Of a stretch of 64,000 nucleotides of DNA, positions 48,260 to 57,607 are shown one piece after another. The notes below the pieces were generated by a model. It was not told the DNA's origin and did not search any database. It saw only the letters and a list, made by a program, of their open reading frames with translations. Each line of letters opens with the position of its first letter. Positions within the stretch are counted from its first letter, which is position 1. The DNA is from a virus (taxonomy: Duplodnaviria > Caudoviricetes), in IMG/VR virus record IMGVR_UViG_3300021254_000020, positions 128,001 to 192,000 of that record; one strand, written 5' to 3'. Made by a program: the position numbers and the translations under genes.

Positions 48260-49597
48260 GTCAGCCGCAAGTCCACTGAGGACGAATTGATCCAATGAGA
48301 GAACCGCACTGTCTGTATTGACTCCGACTACCCTCTTCCATACTATGGATTCGTAATGGATAGTAGGATTGCGGTTAATCAATACATGGATCTTATCCAT
48401 CTTAATCAGGTTGTTGAGGATATCTAGTACCCTCTGATCAAGCTGCAGTGTAGCATAATACCATTTCTTATATGCCTCAGCATATGTAATATTATAGCTA
48501 CTCTGTATGATATTGATCAATACCTGTTCTAAGAGCAATACGAGACCAGTATAGGGTAACATAACTTCGTCAGACCTCAGTTTACTATCCGGCACAATGA
48601 TAGACCGTTCAGAGAAAGCAGTACGTCCAGATATAGTAGAACGCATTATACCTCTCTTATCTGCTAATATGCGGATAATCTCATCAGAGAGTTCACTTAG
48701 CTTAACCTGCATATCCCAGAGAATCTGATTCTGTAGTTTGGGATTTCTATAGATAGAGAGAGTATCATTATTGAGTTGAGCTCCTAATGATGCTAAGATA
48801 TTAAAGGTAGCATTGGTTTTCTCGAAAGTAAACCGCTTACCTTCTACCTTAGCAATACGAAGCTGGGTGGTATAGATAGGGATAGAATGAGAGAATACAC
48901 AATCTCTATGCTGCATAATGAGATCGTATACATCCTTCTTATTTTTTCTTTTCTTTAAGAAGTATGCCAGTATCTCATCAAACTTCTCATAAAAACCCAT
49001 CATACCAAGGCTCTCATATTTAGAGTCTAATTTACTCTTCTTCTTATATCTACGAGCATTCTTTCTCTTAAAGATTTTTCTATCATATGAACTCATGGGT
49101 TTACCATCAGCATCGAGTTCGATAGCTGGTTCTAATATAGACTCCAAGTTATCTTTTCCGATGATGGAGATGAGTTCTACATAGATAGCAGGATTGATTA
49201 TATGATATTGATCCTTTAAATGGATATATCCAAAGTAGGTGAAATCATCACCTACTAATTTAGCGGGAGTTCCACAATAAGGACAGTAGAAGTTAGGATG
49301 GTCCATCACAGAATTAAATGCTCCTTGCAGATAGCCACAAGCACATTTGTATCTGTGAGAGAATGCTGCTTCATCTCCAAGCTGTCTACCAAACTTAGTA
49401 GAGAAGATAGATGTGTCACTCTTCAAGGATTTTTGAAGAGGTTGCTTTGAATCGATAATGAATGCTTGCCCAACACTCATATCTTTCTCAAACTCATTAT
49501 CAAGATTGAGTATAGACAGTTTAACGAAATAATCATATTCATTATCTCTAGGATAATGAATATTGAGTTTCACGTCTTTCAGGCTATTCTCATCCAT
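48260..49597 (-). CDS. RNA polymerase beta' N-terminal subunit (non-virion type), exon 1
   Basis: CACG...CPYC zinc site, FGYIHL, KRGIMR...GR..FSERSII, INRNPTIH, ends GLAAD; spliced product 529 aa. Confidence 0.92.
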
Positions 49598-49599
49598 AA

Positions 49600-49857
49600 T
49601 TAATCCTCTCTAATAACCCAGTCATTAGCCAACATATCAGCTTGAGAAGCCAACCAACCAAGCTGTACTCCTCTAGTGCCTACGAAAGCTATAGCCTGAT
49701 TACCGATATCCTTATGATCAGCATTGATAATCTCACCACGAGCATTCATGTAAGAGATATTAGTGGCGAGTTCAATGTACTGATCTTTGCCATTCCATCC
49801 CATACGGGATACTCTCTTTCCTTCCTTCATTGCATTGATAGCTTCACCAAAATTCAT
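49600..49857 (-). CDS. Tad2-like (DUF2829) anti-defence nucleotide-sponge protein
   Basis: MNFGEAI.AMKEGKRVSR.GWNGK...WLASQADMLANDW. Confidence 0.85.
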   Translation of the reverse strand: MNFGEAINAMKEGKRVSRMGWNGKDQYIELATNISYMNARGEIINADHKDIGNQAIAFVGTRGVQLGWLASQADMLANDWVIRED

Positions 49858-50231
49858 TTTTCATCCTCCTCTAATTTACTTAACTCTTCTTTAAGATAAT
49901 ACTTACGATTAGACCAACATACGTGATTAATTAGATCAACCAATCCACTACGTGCCATGTCTTTATTATAACGGTAAACACAATTTATGAGATTTCCTAA
50001 AGTACACCGCACATCAGCTTTGTTAGTATAATCTATTTCGCTAGCACCCGATAAGTCATTGTCTATAGGGAACTTAACGAACATATCCAAATGATTAGCC
50101 ATTAATTCTATAAATGAATATGCTATCGCATAATCACTATCTCTAGGTATATCAGTACTAGCATAGATATTATCGTAAGCATCTAGATCCTTAAATAATA
50201 CCTGTCTTATGTCTTCAACAGTACCCTTCAC
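49854..50231 (-). CDS. hypothetical protein
   Basis: coupled to Tad2-like gene. Confidence 0.65.
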   Translation of the reverse strand: MKGTVEDIRQVLFKDLDAYDNIYASTDIPRDSDYAIAYSFIELMANHLDMFVKFPIDNDLSGASEIDYTNKADVRCTLGNLINCVYRYNKDMARSGLVDLINHVCWSNRKYYLKEELSKLEEDEK

Positions 50232-50249
50232 AATATTCTCCTCTCTTAA

Positions 50250-50525
50250 TTATAATTCTGAGTCTTTGACTGTATAATTCTCCCACTTCTTATACACGTC
50301 AACATAAGTCTGTTTGCGATCACCATCATGAGTAATCTCATAATACATACCATCGCTCACTTCAGTAGACACTAATGCTTTCCAGTTCTGAAGAGTTTTG
50401 CAGAACCAGACTATGAATACATTATCTTTTGTGATAATGAAATCATCAGTCACATCTCTATGAGCATTGAAGTAGTCTACTACTATCTGCTTAGCAGTAT
50501 TTATCATCTCATCATTCCTAGTCAT
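50250..50525 (-). CDS. DUF6275-like phage protein
   Basis: VFIVWFCKTLQNWKALVST...DGMYYEITHDGD...YVDVYKKWEN. Confidence 0.75.
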   Translation of the reverse strand: MTRNDEMINTAKQIVVDYFNAHRDVTDDFIITKDNVFIVWFCKTLQNWKALVSTEVSDGMYYEITHDGDRKQTYVDVYKKWENYTVKDSEL

Positions 50526-50545
50526 AGGACCTTCACCCCCTTTCG

Positions 50546-51226
50546 TTAGTCATGCATTACGTTATCGGACCAGCAATATCCGTATAACTCTTGCACCTTA
50601 TCTTCTTCCTCATAATATGTCTGATCGTATACCTTTTCTCCTCTCTCATAGACAGTATGTCCTACGAAGTTAGGCATCTCATCAGCATACTTATGATCTA
50701 TTCTCATATTGGGATTATCTTTCGCTAGCTTCTCCATTACTGGAGTGGGATCAGACCATGCTGTATTGAAAGCAATGGTATTATCATCTACTTTATACTG
50801 AGTATACGCGTCCCATTTAGTACCCCAGTTAGAGATTCTCCAATCATACCAATTTGGGAATCCATATTTCTTTTCATTCTCAAAAGATTGTTTAGCCTTT
50901 TCGAGATCAACTGTTCCATCATCAATGAGTTTTTGGGCTGCTTCCTCATGAGTTAATTTATTTTCGTTATCGTCAGCCCATGTATGAATACATTGATAAT
51001 CATCATCCTTTAAAGTTTCTCCTTTCTTCATCATTCGGTATATGTCTCTAGATAATAGTGTTCTACTACCACTAACAATATTCAATTCTTCCGGCATGGG
51101 GATAATCTTATTAAAGGAGATATATTGATTCTCCTTTTCTCCATGGATCTCTTGTAGTAATTCACTTACAGTCTTCCCCTCATCAAGCTGTTCAAACTTG
51201 ACAACGTTTCTTACATGATTTGGCAT
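50546..51226 (-). CDS. DUF1281/YubB-like ferredoxin-fold protein
   Basis: MPNH.RN, FNKIIPMP, WYDWR..NWGTKWDA, FNTAWS.P.P, YADE. Confidence 0.8.
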   Translation of the reverse strand: MPNHVRNVVKFEQLDEGKTVSELLQEIHGEKENQYISFNKIIPMPEELNIVSGSRTLLSRDIYRMMKKGETLKDDDYQCIHTWADDNENKLTHEEAAQKLIDDGTVDLEKAKQSFENEKKYGFPNWYDWRISNWGTKWDAYTQYKVDDNTIAFNTAWSDPTPVMEKLAKDNPNMRIDHKYADEMPNFVGHTVYERGEKVYDQTYYEEEDKVQELYGYCWSDNVMHD

Positions 51227-51355
51227 ATTTTTGTCCTCCTCTTCTAGTTACATATGAAGTTATTGAAAAAATAAAAAATGATGCTTACAGGCTTGAATTA
51301 GGAATCTATGGAGAACCCCATTAAAGAGGTTCTCCATTACACCCATCAATTCCCA

Positions 51356-51796
51356 TTAATTATTCTTGATACTAGTTGCTATAGCTCTTTCTAGATTATT
51401 TATTTTAGCATCTAGATTATTTGCAGCATCTTCTACTTTCTGACGTCTAACAGACAATGTCTCTTGGAGATTGCACAATGCCTCCTTGAGATATTTAAGT
51501 ACTATAAGTACTACCTTACCTTTAATATCAACAGGACGTAGACTATTATCAGAGAATACATCCTTTATCATCTTATTCAGATCTTCACGATCACCGTTAG
51601 AGAGATCGAATAGGTTTGATATAGATAAACTAATACTAGCAGTAGTCATATCTCTATATATTTCCATTAGTGATTTGGTATTATCACACTTTGGTACGTC
51701 TAATGCTCTAATTGTGCTAAGAGCATCATCATAGATATCCAGCTGAGTACCTACGATATTAACGATATCATCCTGATCAAGATATTCAATTCTCAT
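51356..51796 (-). CDS. acidic helical protein, paralog array member
   Basis: see finding 51356-53820. Confidence 0.7.
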   Translation of the reverse strand: MRIEYLDQDDIVNIVGTQLDIYDDALSTIRALDVPKCDNTKSLMEIYRDMTTASISLSISNLFDLSNGDREDLNKMIKDVFSDNSLRPVDIKGKVVLIVLKYLKEALCNLQETLSVRRQKVEDAANNLDAKINNLERAIATSIKNN

Positions 51797-51815
51797 CTCT
51801 TATACTCCTTCTATA

Positions 51816-52235
51816 TTAGTGGTTCATGCATTGCTGGCCAATCATGATAGCCTTCTTCTCTCGAACAGCCTTAACCCTTTCATCCAGAGCTTCAGATTCC
51901 ATATTAAGCAAATCAATATACAGATTCTGAATGAATCTGATAAGATCATCTATACCGATCTTCCCAGAGGTGAAGTCAGAGACTTTGACATCAAGATCTT
52001 CTCTCATCTCAGAATATTCTCTCTTAGAATTCGTATTTATTCCTAAGATGAGTGTTACCTGATTACAAATATTATCATGAGTCAAACCGAGCAGCATTTC
52101 CTTTATTGCAGGTTTGATATCATCTTTGAACCCGTCATCACTCATTAGCTCATCATCTAGTCTCTGCTTAAGACTGAATACAGTCTGTTTTACAAGTCCT
52201 ATCAACGCATACATATCGATATTTTCTACGTTCAT
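51816..52235 (-). CDS. acidic helical protein, paralog array member
   Basis: DFTSGKIGIDDLI. Confidence 0.7.
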   Translation of the reverse strand: MNVENIDMYALIGLVKQTVFSLKQRLDDELMSDDGFKDDIKPAIKEMLLGLTHDNICNQVTLILGINTNSKREYSEMREDLDVKVSDFTSGKIGIDDLIRFIQNLYIDLLNMESEALDERVKAVREKKAIMIGQQCMNH

Positions 52236-52238
52236 TAC

Positions 52239-52598
52239 TTATTCCTCCTTTAATTTATCAATCACTTCTTGCATGTGTTTGATTCTATATTCATAGTATT
52301 TCTTGACTTCTATGATATCATTGATATAAATCGATTTTATTTTCTTTAATCCCTCATCCACTGAGATCTTCTCAGTCAGTATATCAGCTGAGAGTCTACT
52401 ATATGTACTGCAATCATCTATAGTAAACACCAGATCACTAATAGCACTTGGGCAACTTGCTATAAACTCAAGAGCTTCTTCTGATTTGGGATCTAACTTC
52501 TTATATTCTTCTATACCCTTTATCAACTCTTCTCTACTCTTTGCTAAGATCCCTTCTATATCATAATCTTCTATGTTTCTCTCTTCTTCATCACACAT
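52239..52598 (-). CDS. acidic helical protein, paralog array member
   Basis: IEDYDIEGIL, DILTEKISVDEGL. Confidence 0.7.
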   Translation of the reverse strand: MCDEEERNIEDYDIEGILAKSREELIKGIEEYKKLDPKSEEALEFIASCPSAISDLVFTIDDCSTYSRLSADILTEKISVDEGLKKIKSIYINDIIEVKKYYEYRIKHMQEVIDKLKEE

Positions 52599-52612
52599 AC
52601 TTGCCTTCCTCC

Positions 52613-52999
52613 TTAATCATTCCTTGCTTTGCTGCAAAAATCTCCTCCAGGATCATTGTTGTCGTACTCAAACGTATATATTTTCAGATGAACATTCATC
52701 TCCGGAAATTTTAATACAAAGGCCTTATGAAGATTATATACAAACTCTAATGTGGATACTCCACCTTTCTCTTTAATACTGAACTGGAATATCCCAGAGT
52801 AATATAATCTTTCATTAGCGGTTTTCATACCTCTATAGGTACTTATTCCCAATCTTTTCATAAGAGCTTTAAAGTTTACTTTTCCATTACAACATCCAGT
52901 ATCTTTATCTTCTGGTATTATTAATGGATATATTTTTGCATCTATTTCCTCGTCCTCATCAGGGATGAACTCGATCTCTACGTCATATTCCTTATACAT
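52613..52999 (-). CDS. hypothetical protein
   Basis: GGAGGAG RBS. Confidence 0.65.
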   Translation of the reverse strand: MYKEYDVEIEFIPDEDEEIDAKIYPLIIPEDKDTGCCNGKVNFKALMKRLGISTYRGMKTANERLYYSGIFQFSIKEKGGVSTLEFVYNLHKAFVLKFPEMNVHLKIYTFEYDNNDPGGDFCSKARND

Positions 53000-53435
53000 A
53001 CTTCTCCTCCCTCTTACTTATCAGAGTATTTAGCATACGTTCAATTTTCGACTTTGAGTCCTCAAGTCGATCTGTACGATTCTTAAGAGGTTTTATTGAT
53101 GCATCAATCCCATTCATGAGATTGCGCATAATCTCTTCCATACACGAATCTAAGTCATCTACACTCCCCGATACATAATCTTCAATTAACCGAAATATTT
53201 CGATCCCAGTATTACTGTAAGGAAAAGAATCAAAGAGATTCTCCAAAGGATCAGTAACTTTTCTAACAATATCCAGAAGATCAGTTTCTGCTACATCTGG
53301 ATCTGTTTGTACCATTTTTTGATACTCTTTTCTTTGTTCAACCATTCCTATCCTAATATTCTTTAAGATCTCTTTATAGTCGAAATCTTCTGGATTATAT
53401 TTGTCTTTTATTATTGACATACTCTTCCTCCTCAA
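52992..53435 (-). CDS. acidic helical protein, paralog array member
   Basis: PEDFDYKEIL, DYVSGSVDDLD. Confidence 0.7.
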   Translation of the reverse strand: MRRKSMSIIKDKYNPEDFDYKEILKNIRIGMVEQRKEYQKMVQTDPDVAETDLLDIVRKVTDPLENLFDSFPYSNTGIEIFRLIEDYVSGSVDDLDSCMEEIMRNLMNGIDASIKPLKNRTDRLEDSKSKIERMLNTLISKREEKYV

Positions 53436-53820
53436 TCAACCTATCAAAGATATTAGTCAACTCTATAGACTTATTCATAGTCTTAACGAATATATCGTCA
53501 GTCTCTTTGTATTTATCCATCTCATCTTTATAAGCAGCTAAGACGACTCTATACTTTACTAAGAGAATCAGATCCACTATATCGATATAACCTGAAGTAT
53601 ATCTAGAAAAGTAATTATCATATCTCTCCTTATACTTACGAGGAATCTTGAAAAAGAACGTTGCTAATGGGGGTATTTGCTCATCAAAATAACCAACTTT
53701 TTTGATCTCATCCATTAGCTCTTCATTTGTAGAGCCATCTACATACATTTTGAGTATCTTTGCTACTTTGACGAATCGATCTCTAAAAAACTCCTCGACA
53801 GGAATCTCATATAAATACAT
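53395..53820 (-). CDS. acidic helical protein, paralog array member
   Basis: RYTSGYIDIVDLI. Confidence 0.7.
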   Translation of the reverse strand: MYLYEIPVEEFFRDRFVKVAKILKMYVDGSTNEELMDEIKKVGYFDEQIPPLATFFFKIPRKYKERYDNYFSRYTSGYIDIVDLILLVKYRVVLAAYKDEMDKYKETDDIFVKTMNKSIELTNIFDRLIEEEEYVNNKRQI

Positions 53821-53837
53821 ACTTTCCTCCTCCTATA

Positions 53838-54317
53838 TTATTTCTCTACATACACTGGTTCTGGAGTTCCCTCAGCGAATAGACTATCTACCCAATCATG
53901 CATATATACATCATCTACATCCCCAAAGGCATATAACACGAATCTTCTATTGATATCTAGAATCATCTCATATGACTTTGTCGGTCTCTCCAATTCGCTC
54001 AGCTCATCAAACACATTGGCAGGAAATTCGCTCTCATTTATATATTGAGCAAAATCATCAAACAATAATACTATTGGAGTTAGCATACTAGAGTCAAAAT
54101 GATCTACTAGCCAATGCATCTGATAGTTTATTGTTTCATTAGTACTTATATCCTCTCCTTCCTCTAATAATATCTGAATCTTATTCAAATACTCGTTCAT
54201 ATCATCCATCATCTCTGGATACACTTCCAGAGCACAGATTACTATTGGTTTACAAGGTTCATTTGGGTTAAAGATCTGAATTGTACTCTTTCCCCATCTA
54301 GTAGTATTACTCAACAT
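53838..54317 (-). CDS. acidic hypothetical protein
   Basis: early promoter 54343-52. Confidence 0.7.
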   Translation of the reverse strand: MLSNTTRWGKSTIQIFNPNEPCKPIVICALEVYPEMMDDMNEYLNKIQILLEEGEDISTNETINYQMHWLVDHFDSSMLTPIVLLFDDFAQYINESEFPANVFDELSELERPTKSYEMILDINRRFVLYAFGDVDDVYMHDWVDSLFAEGTPEPVYVEK

Positions 54318-54407
54318 ATATAAACAACTCCCCTACCACTTCTATAGTATATAACTGAAAGCTAATACGAGCGACATCGACATAAATTGAAAAAGGAGGA
54401 ATCAATA

Positions 54408-55679
54408 ATGGCTAAAACTGCTGTAGAAAAATACGCCGCGCAAAAGAGATACTCTAAGCGTATAACTAATAAAGAGGATCTAGATTTTCTATTTAATGCA
54501 TCTATAGATGAATGTAATAGACTATCTTTTATTATGGAATGCTTCGGTGATTTCAATGGTAAACGTAGGTTCCAACCATATGATATAATTACTGTCCCTC
54601 CAGGAGTATACGGTAAACCAGATAAAAAGAATAAGAATAGCTTCACTACTACAGTAGGACTATTCGTATTTAATAGAGCATTTATAGAAAAGGATCTGAT
54701 AGATATATGTGGCTATGTATCAGAACCAGTTACCAAAAAGTTATTCGGTAAATTAAATAAGAAGATATCTTATGCTCTTATGGAAGATGATATTGAACTA
54801 GATGCTCTCAAACGGTTTATTCTATTAACTCAGAAGTTCCAAGCATATGTAGATATCCTATCTCCTACCTTTACCCCAGCTATGCTAACCATGAGTAGCA
54901 AACTCCAACCTCTTAAAGATGAATTATGGAAGAAATATGAAAAGGAGATAGCAGCTGGCGATACTAAGATAGCTTCTATTATAGATAAGGAGTTAATTAA
55001 GAAGTCTAAAGAGTTGCTTGCTGAAGACCCCTCGACCGACATGATAAATAGCGGGGCCAAGCCTAACTGGGACAATAACTACCGTCATCTGTGGGCCAGT
55101 ATTGGTGCATCTCGTAATTCCGACCCCAATTTAGGCGAATTCTCTATATTAAAGGGCAACTATATGGATGGTGTGTCTAGAGAAGAATATGCTAAGTTCG
55201 CTGACTCCATGGTAGGCGGACCTTATGCTCGTGCTAAGAAGACAGAAGTAGGGGGAGCTTGGGAGAAGATGATCGTACGTGCATTCCAGCACTGTGTCAT
55301 AGATACCTCGGTAGAAGATTGTGGAACAAAGCGTACACTTCCTGTTACCTTTAGTGATAAGAATATAGACGATTGGATGTATTCTTACTATGTAGAGGGT
55401 AGTAAATTAATAGAGATAAATAGTAAGAATAAAGATAGCCTAATAGGAAAAACAAAACAAGTTAGATGGACAGGATTCTGTGAACATACTAAAGGATTCT
55501 GTAAAACATGCTCTGGCAATCTGTTTACTAAATTAGGAATAGTTAATGTAGGGGTCAGTTCATATTGTATAGCGAGCAAAATTAAGCTATTATCAATGAA
55601 GGCGTTTCACGATAGTAGTGTTAAAACTACCACGATGAAGGATTATGGTTATGCTAAGATATTTGGAGGAGCTAAGTAA
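54408..55679 (+). CDS. RNA polymerase beta' middle/C-terminal subunit (probably virion type)
   Basis: TTVGLFVFN, MINSGAK, bridge-helix KKTEVGG...K, EDCGT, C...C..C.G, SMKAFH trigger loop; ATG 54408 with AGGAGG; late promoter 54373-84. Confidence 0.88.
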   Translation: MAKTAVEKYAAQKRYSKRITNKEDLDFLFNASIDECNRLSFIMECFGDFNGKRRFQPYDIITVPPGVYGKPDKKNKNSFTTTVGLFVFNRAFIEKDLIDICGYVSEPVTKKLFGKLNKKISYALMEDDIELDALKRFILLTQKFQAYVDILSPTFTPAMLTMSSKLQPLKDELWKKYEKEIAAGDTKIASIIDKELIKKSKELLAEDPSTDMINSGAKPNWDNNYRHLWASIGASRNSDPNLGEFSILKGNYMDGVSREEYAKFADSMVGGPYARAKKTEVGGAWEKMIVRAFQHCVIDTSVEDCGTKRTLPVTFSDKNIDDWMYSYYVEGSKLIEINSKNKDSLIGKTKQVRWTGFCEHTKGFCKTCSGNLFTKLGIVNVGVSSYCIASKIKLLSMKAFHDSSVKTTTMKDYGYAKIFGGAK

Positions 55680-55758
55680 AATTGCTTTCCATATATACAT
55701 GAATATAAAAAATAAATGAGGTAGAATAATCCCAAAGGCAATAGCATTTTATGTTATA

Positions 55759-55974
55759 TTAAACAAGCAATTGTTGCAGATCTGAAATTTCATTTCTTCT
55801 CTTCAACAAAAGTCTATTTATTTGTACGGGATGGCTCACAATCCAGTATTCTGGAAAGAACATAGACTTTGTCAACTTGTGTTTGACGTCCTGTGACTTC
55901 TCGAACAGTTGATTAAATTCCGACGTCTTTTCTTGAATTAATTTCTTTATTTGATCTTTGTTCATCTCTTTCAC
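55759..55974 (-). CDS. 71-aa protein enclosed by long inverted repeat
   Basis: GGGAGG RBS; early promoter 56021-30. Confidence 0.6.
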   Translation of the reverse strand: MKEMNKDQIKKLIQEKTSEFNQLFEKSQDVKHKLTKSMFFPEYWIVSHPVQINRLLLKRRNEISDLQQLLV

Positions 55975-56088
55975 CTCCCTTCATATTAGAATTATATGAA
56001 GGGATATTCTACCTCATTTCTATAATATATCATCAAAAAAAGAAAAGATAGACGGGTAGACCTATTGTGGTCTACCCTATTCTCTGTA

Positions 56089-56757
56089 TCAATCTTCTAA
56101 TATTAACTCAGTTGTAGTCTTACCTATTCTTCCATGTGAATTTCTTTTCAAATAAATATAGTCATATCTTTTGTATTCTCTATAGAAGTCTTCTATCGGT
56201 TTATTTGGATTGGAAAACTGTACCTCTCTTGCATCTTCTTCTATAATTTGATTTTCTGACCCATATAGATACATCATTTTGATATTAGTATACTTATTCC
56301 CCTTGGTACAAATATCTACTTTCATTAAATATAATTGTTGTAGTACATGCCTCCATTCATGTCTTATTACTCCTTGAACTTGTTCTTCAAACGATACATC
56401 ATTTAAAACGGATTCATTAATAAGACCAACTCTAAAAAATCCGATTCTGATTATTAGATCCAAGAGAGTATTATGGAAATATTTATTATATACTTTATTA
56501 TCGGTAGGATCTTTCATATCAGAATATCTACCTGGTGTTGAAGTTGTAGTAACTCCTCCACAAAAGATGTTATAATTAGATTCTCTATTAGACGTAACAG
56601 GATACCATAATATTTTAGGAGGTAAGACTAAGAAATCACTCTTAGTATCCTTGGTCCACTCTGGTAATACACACCATTCATTGTAATAGTCTAATATGAT
56701 AGAGTCTATATGTTCCTCGCTATATTTAGATAAATCAATCAATATATTCACCTCCAA
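56089..56757 (-). CDS. zincin-motif protein
   Basis: VIRHEWRHVLQ, EEDA. Confidence 0.65.
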   Translation of the reverse strand: MEVNILIDLSKYSEEHIDSIILDYYNEWCVLPEWTKDTKSDFLVLPPKILWYPVTSNRESNYNIFCGGVTTTSTPGRYSDMKDPTDNKVYNKYFHNTLLDLIIRIGFFRVGLINESVLNDVSFEEQVQGVIRHEWRHVLQQLYLMKVDICTKGNKYTNIKMMYLYGSENQIIEEDAREVQFSNPNKPIEDFYREYKRYDYIYLKRNSHGRIGKTTTELILED

Positions 56758-56792
56758 AAAATATAGGGATGGAATTAACCACCCCTATTATA

Positions 56793-57260
56793 TTAAGCTT
56801 CGGCTTCCTTTTTTCTATCGTCTAACATCTCACGGATAGACTTTTCTAATTCCTTTACGCTTATATCTTCACGTATTTCGTTTTTAAACTTTTCTCCCAT
56901 TTTATCCATATCAAGACCTCCAGAGAGTAATTCAAATACTGCTGCTGTTTGGTTTGCTAATACTTTGGGAGCAGAGATATATATGAATGGGGAGATAAAA
57001 ATCACAAAAGAGAGATACTTAATGTAATAATATACTACCTTAAGAAAGGATTTAAGTGATTTAAATGATGCTGCAAGTCCTTTCTTATTGTATTTATTAT
57101 ACAAATATGGGCCCATGTCTAATGTAGCAGTTGTTAAAGCCACCAATGTGAAGCTCACTAAAGAATAATTAAGCAGTATTGCTTTAGTCCTATGACCATC
57201 TCCTACAAGTGTTATAATTTTTTCGATATATCTCATGTTAATACTAATAGAATCTCTCAT
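56793..57260 (-). CDS. two-TM membrane protein
   Basis: two hydrophobic segments. Confidence 0.65.
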   Translation of the reverse strand: MRDSISINMRYIEKIITLVGDGHRTKAILLNYSLVSFTLVALTTATLDMGPYLYNKYNKKGLAASFKSLKSFLKVVYYYIKYLSFVIFISPFIYISAPKVLANQTAAVFELLSGGLDMDKMGEKFKNEIREDISVKELEKSIREMLDDRKKEAEA

Positions 57261-57607
57261 TATACTTCTTCAATAGCCTCCTCTAAACCATGGATACGTC
57301 TAACCCTATCTTCATTGAATTCTACATCTACTACTTCTCCTAACAAACCATTATGCAAAAGCTGGATTCTCTTTTCAGTGAGTCTCTTCCAATCTTTAAG
57401 ATGCTTGGCAAGCTCAGTAATATCATAGAAGAAGATATCTCCATTTTCCAATTCAATATCTACACTAATCTGATTAGAACCAGCACAGATGAATGAACCA
57501 TTAGATCCAGCAACCGCATGATCAGGAATAGCCATGTATTTGATTCCTTGTTCTAACCTACCATTCTCACCATGATCTACCTCTACTGCTATTATTGTAC
57601 CTTTCAT
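57260..57607 (-). CDS. hypothetical protein, tandem paralog of 57604-57954
   Basis: MKGTI...L.QG...GSNGSF...DV/IT...HGL. Confidence 0.75.
   Translation of the reverse strand: MKGTIIAVEVDHGENGRLEQGIKYMAIPDHAVAGSNGSFICAGSNQISVDIELENGDIFFYDITELAKHLKDWKRLTEKRIQLLHNGLLGEVVDVEFNEDRVRRIHGLEEAIEEV

Noticed and set aside
46671-48280. Canonical group I splice GGACU| to G|AGCC
   Set aside because: P1 pairing is good, but the product reads GGA CUA GCC UAA and stops before the catalytic Asp residues.
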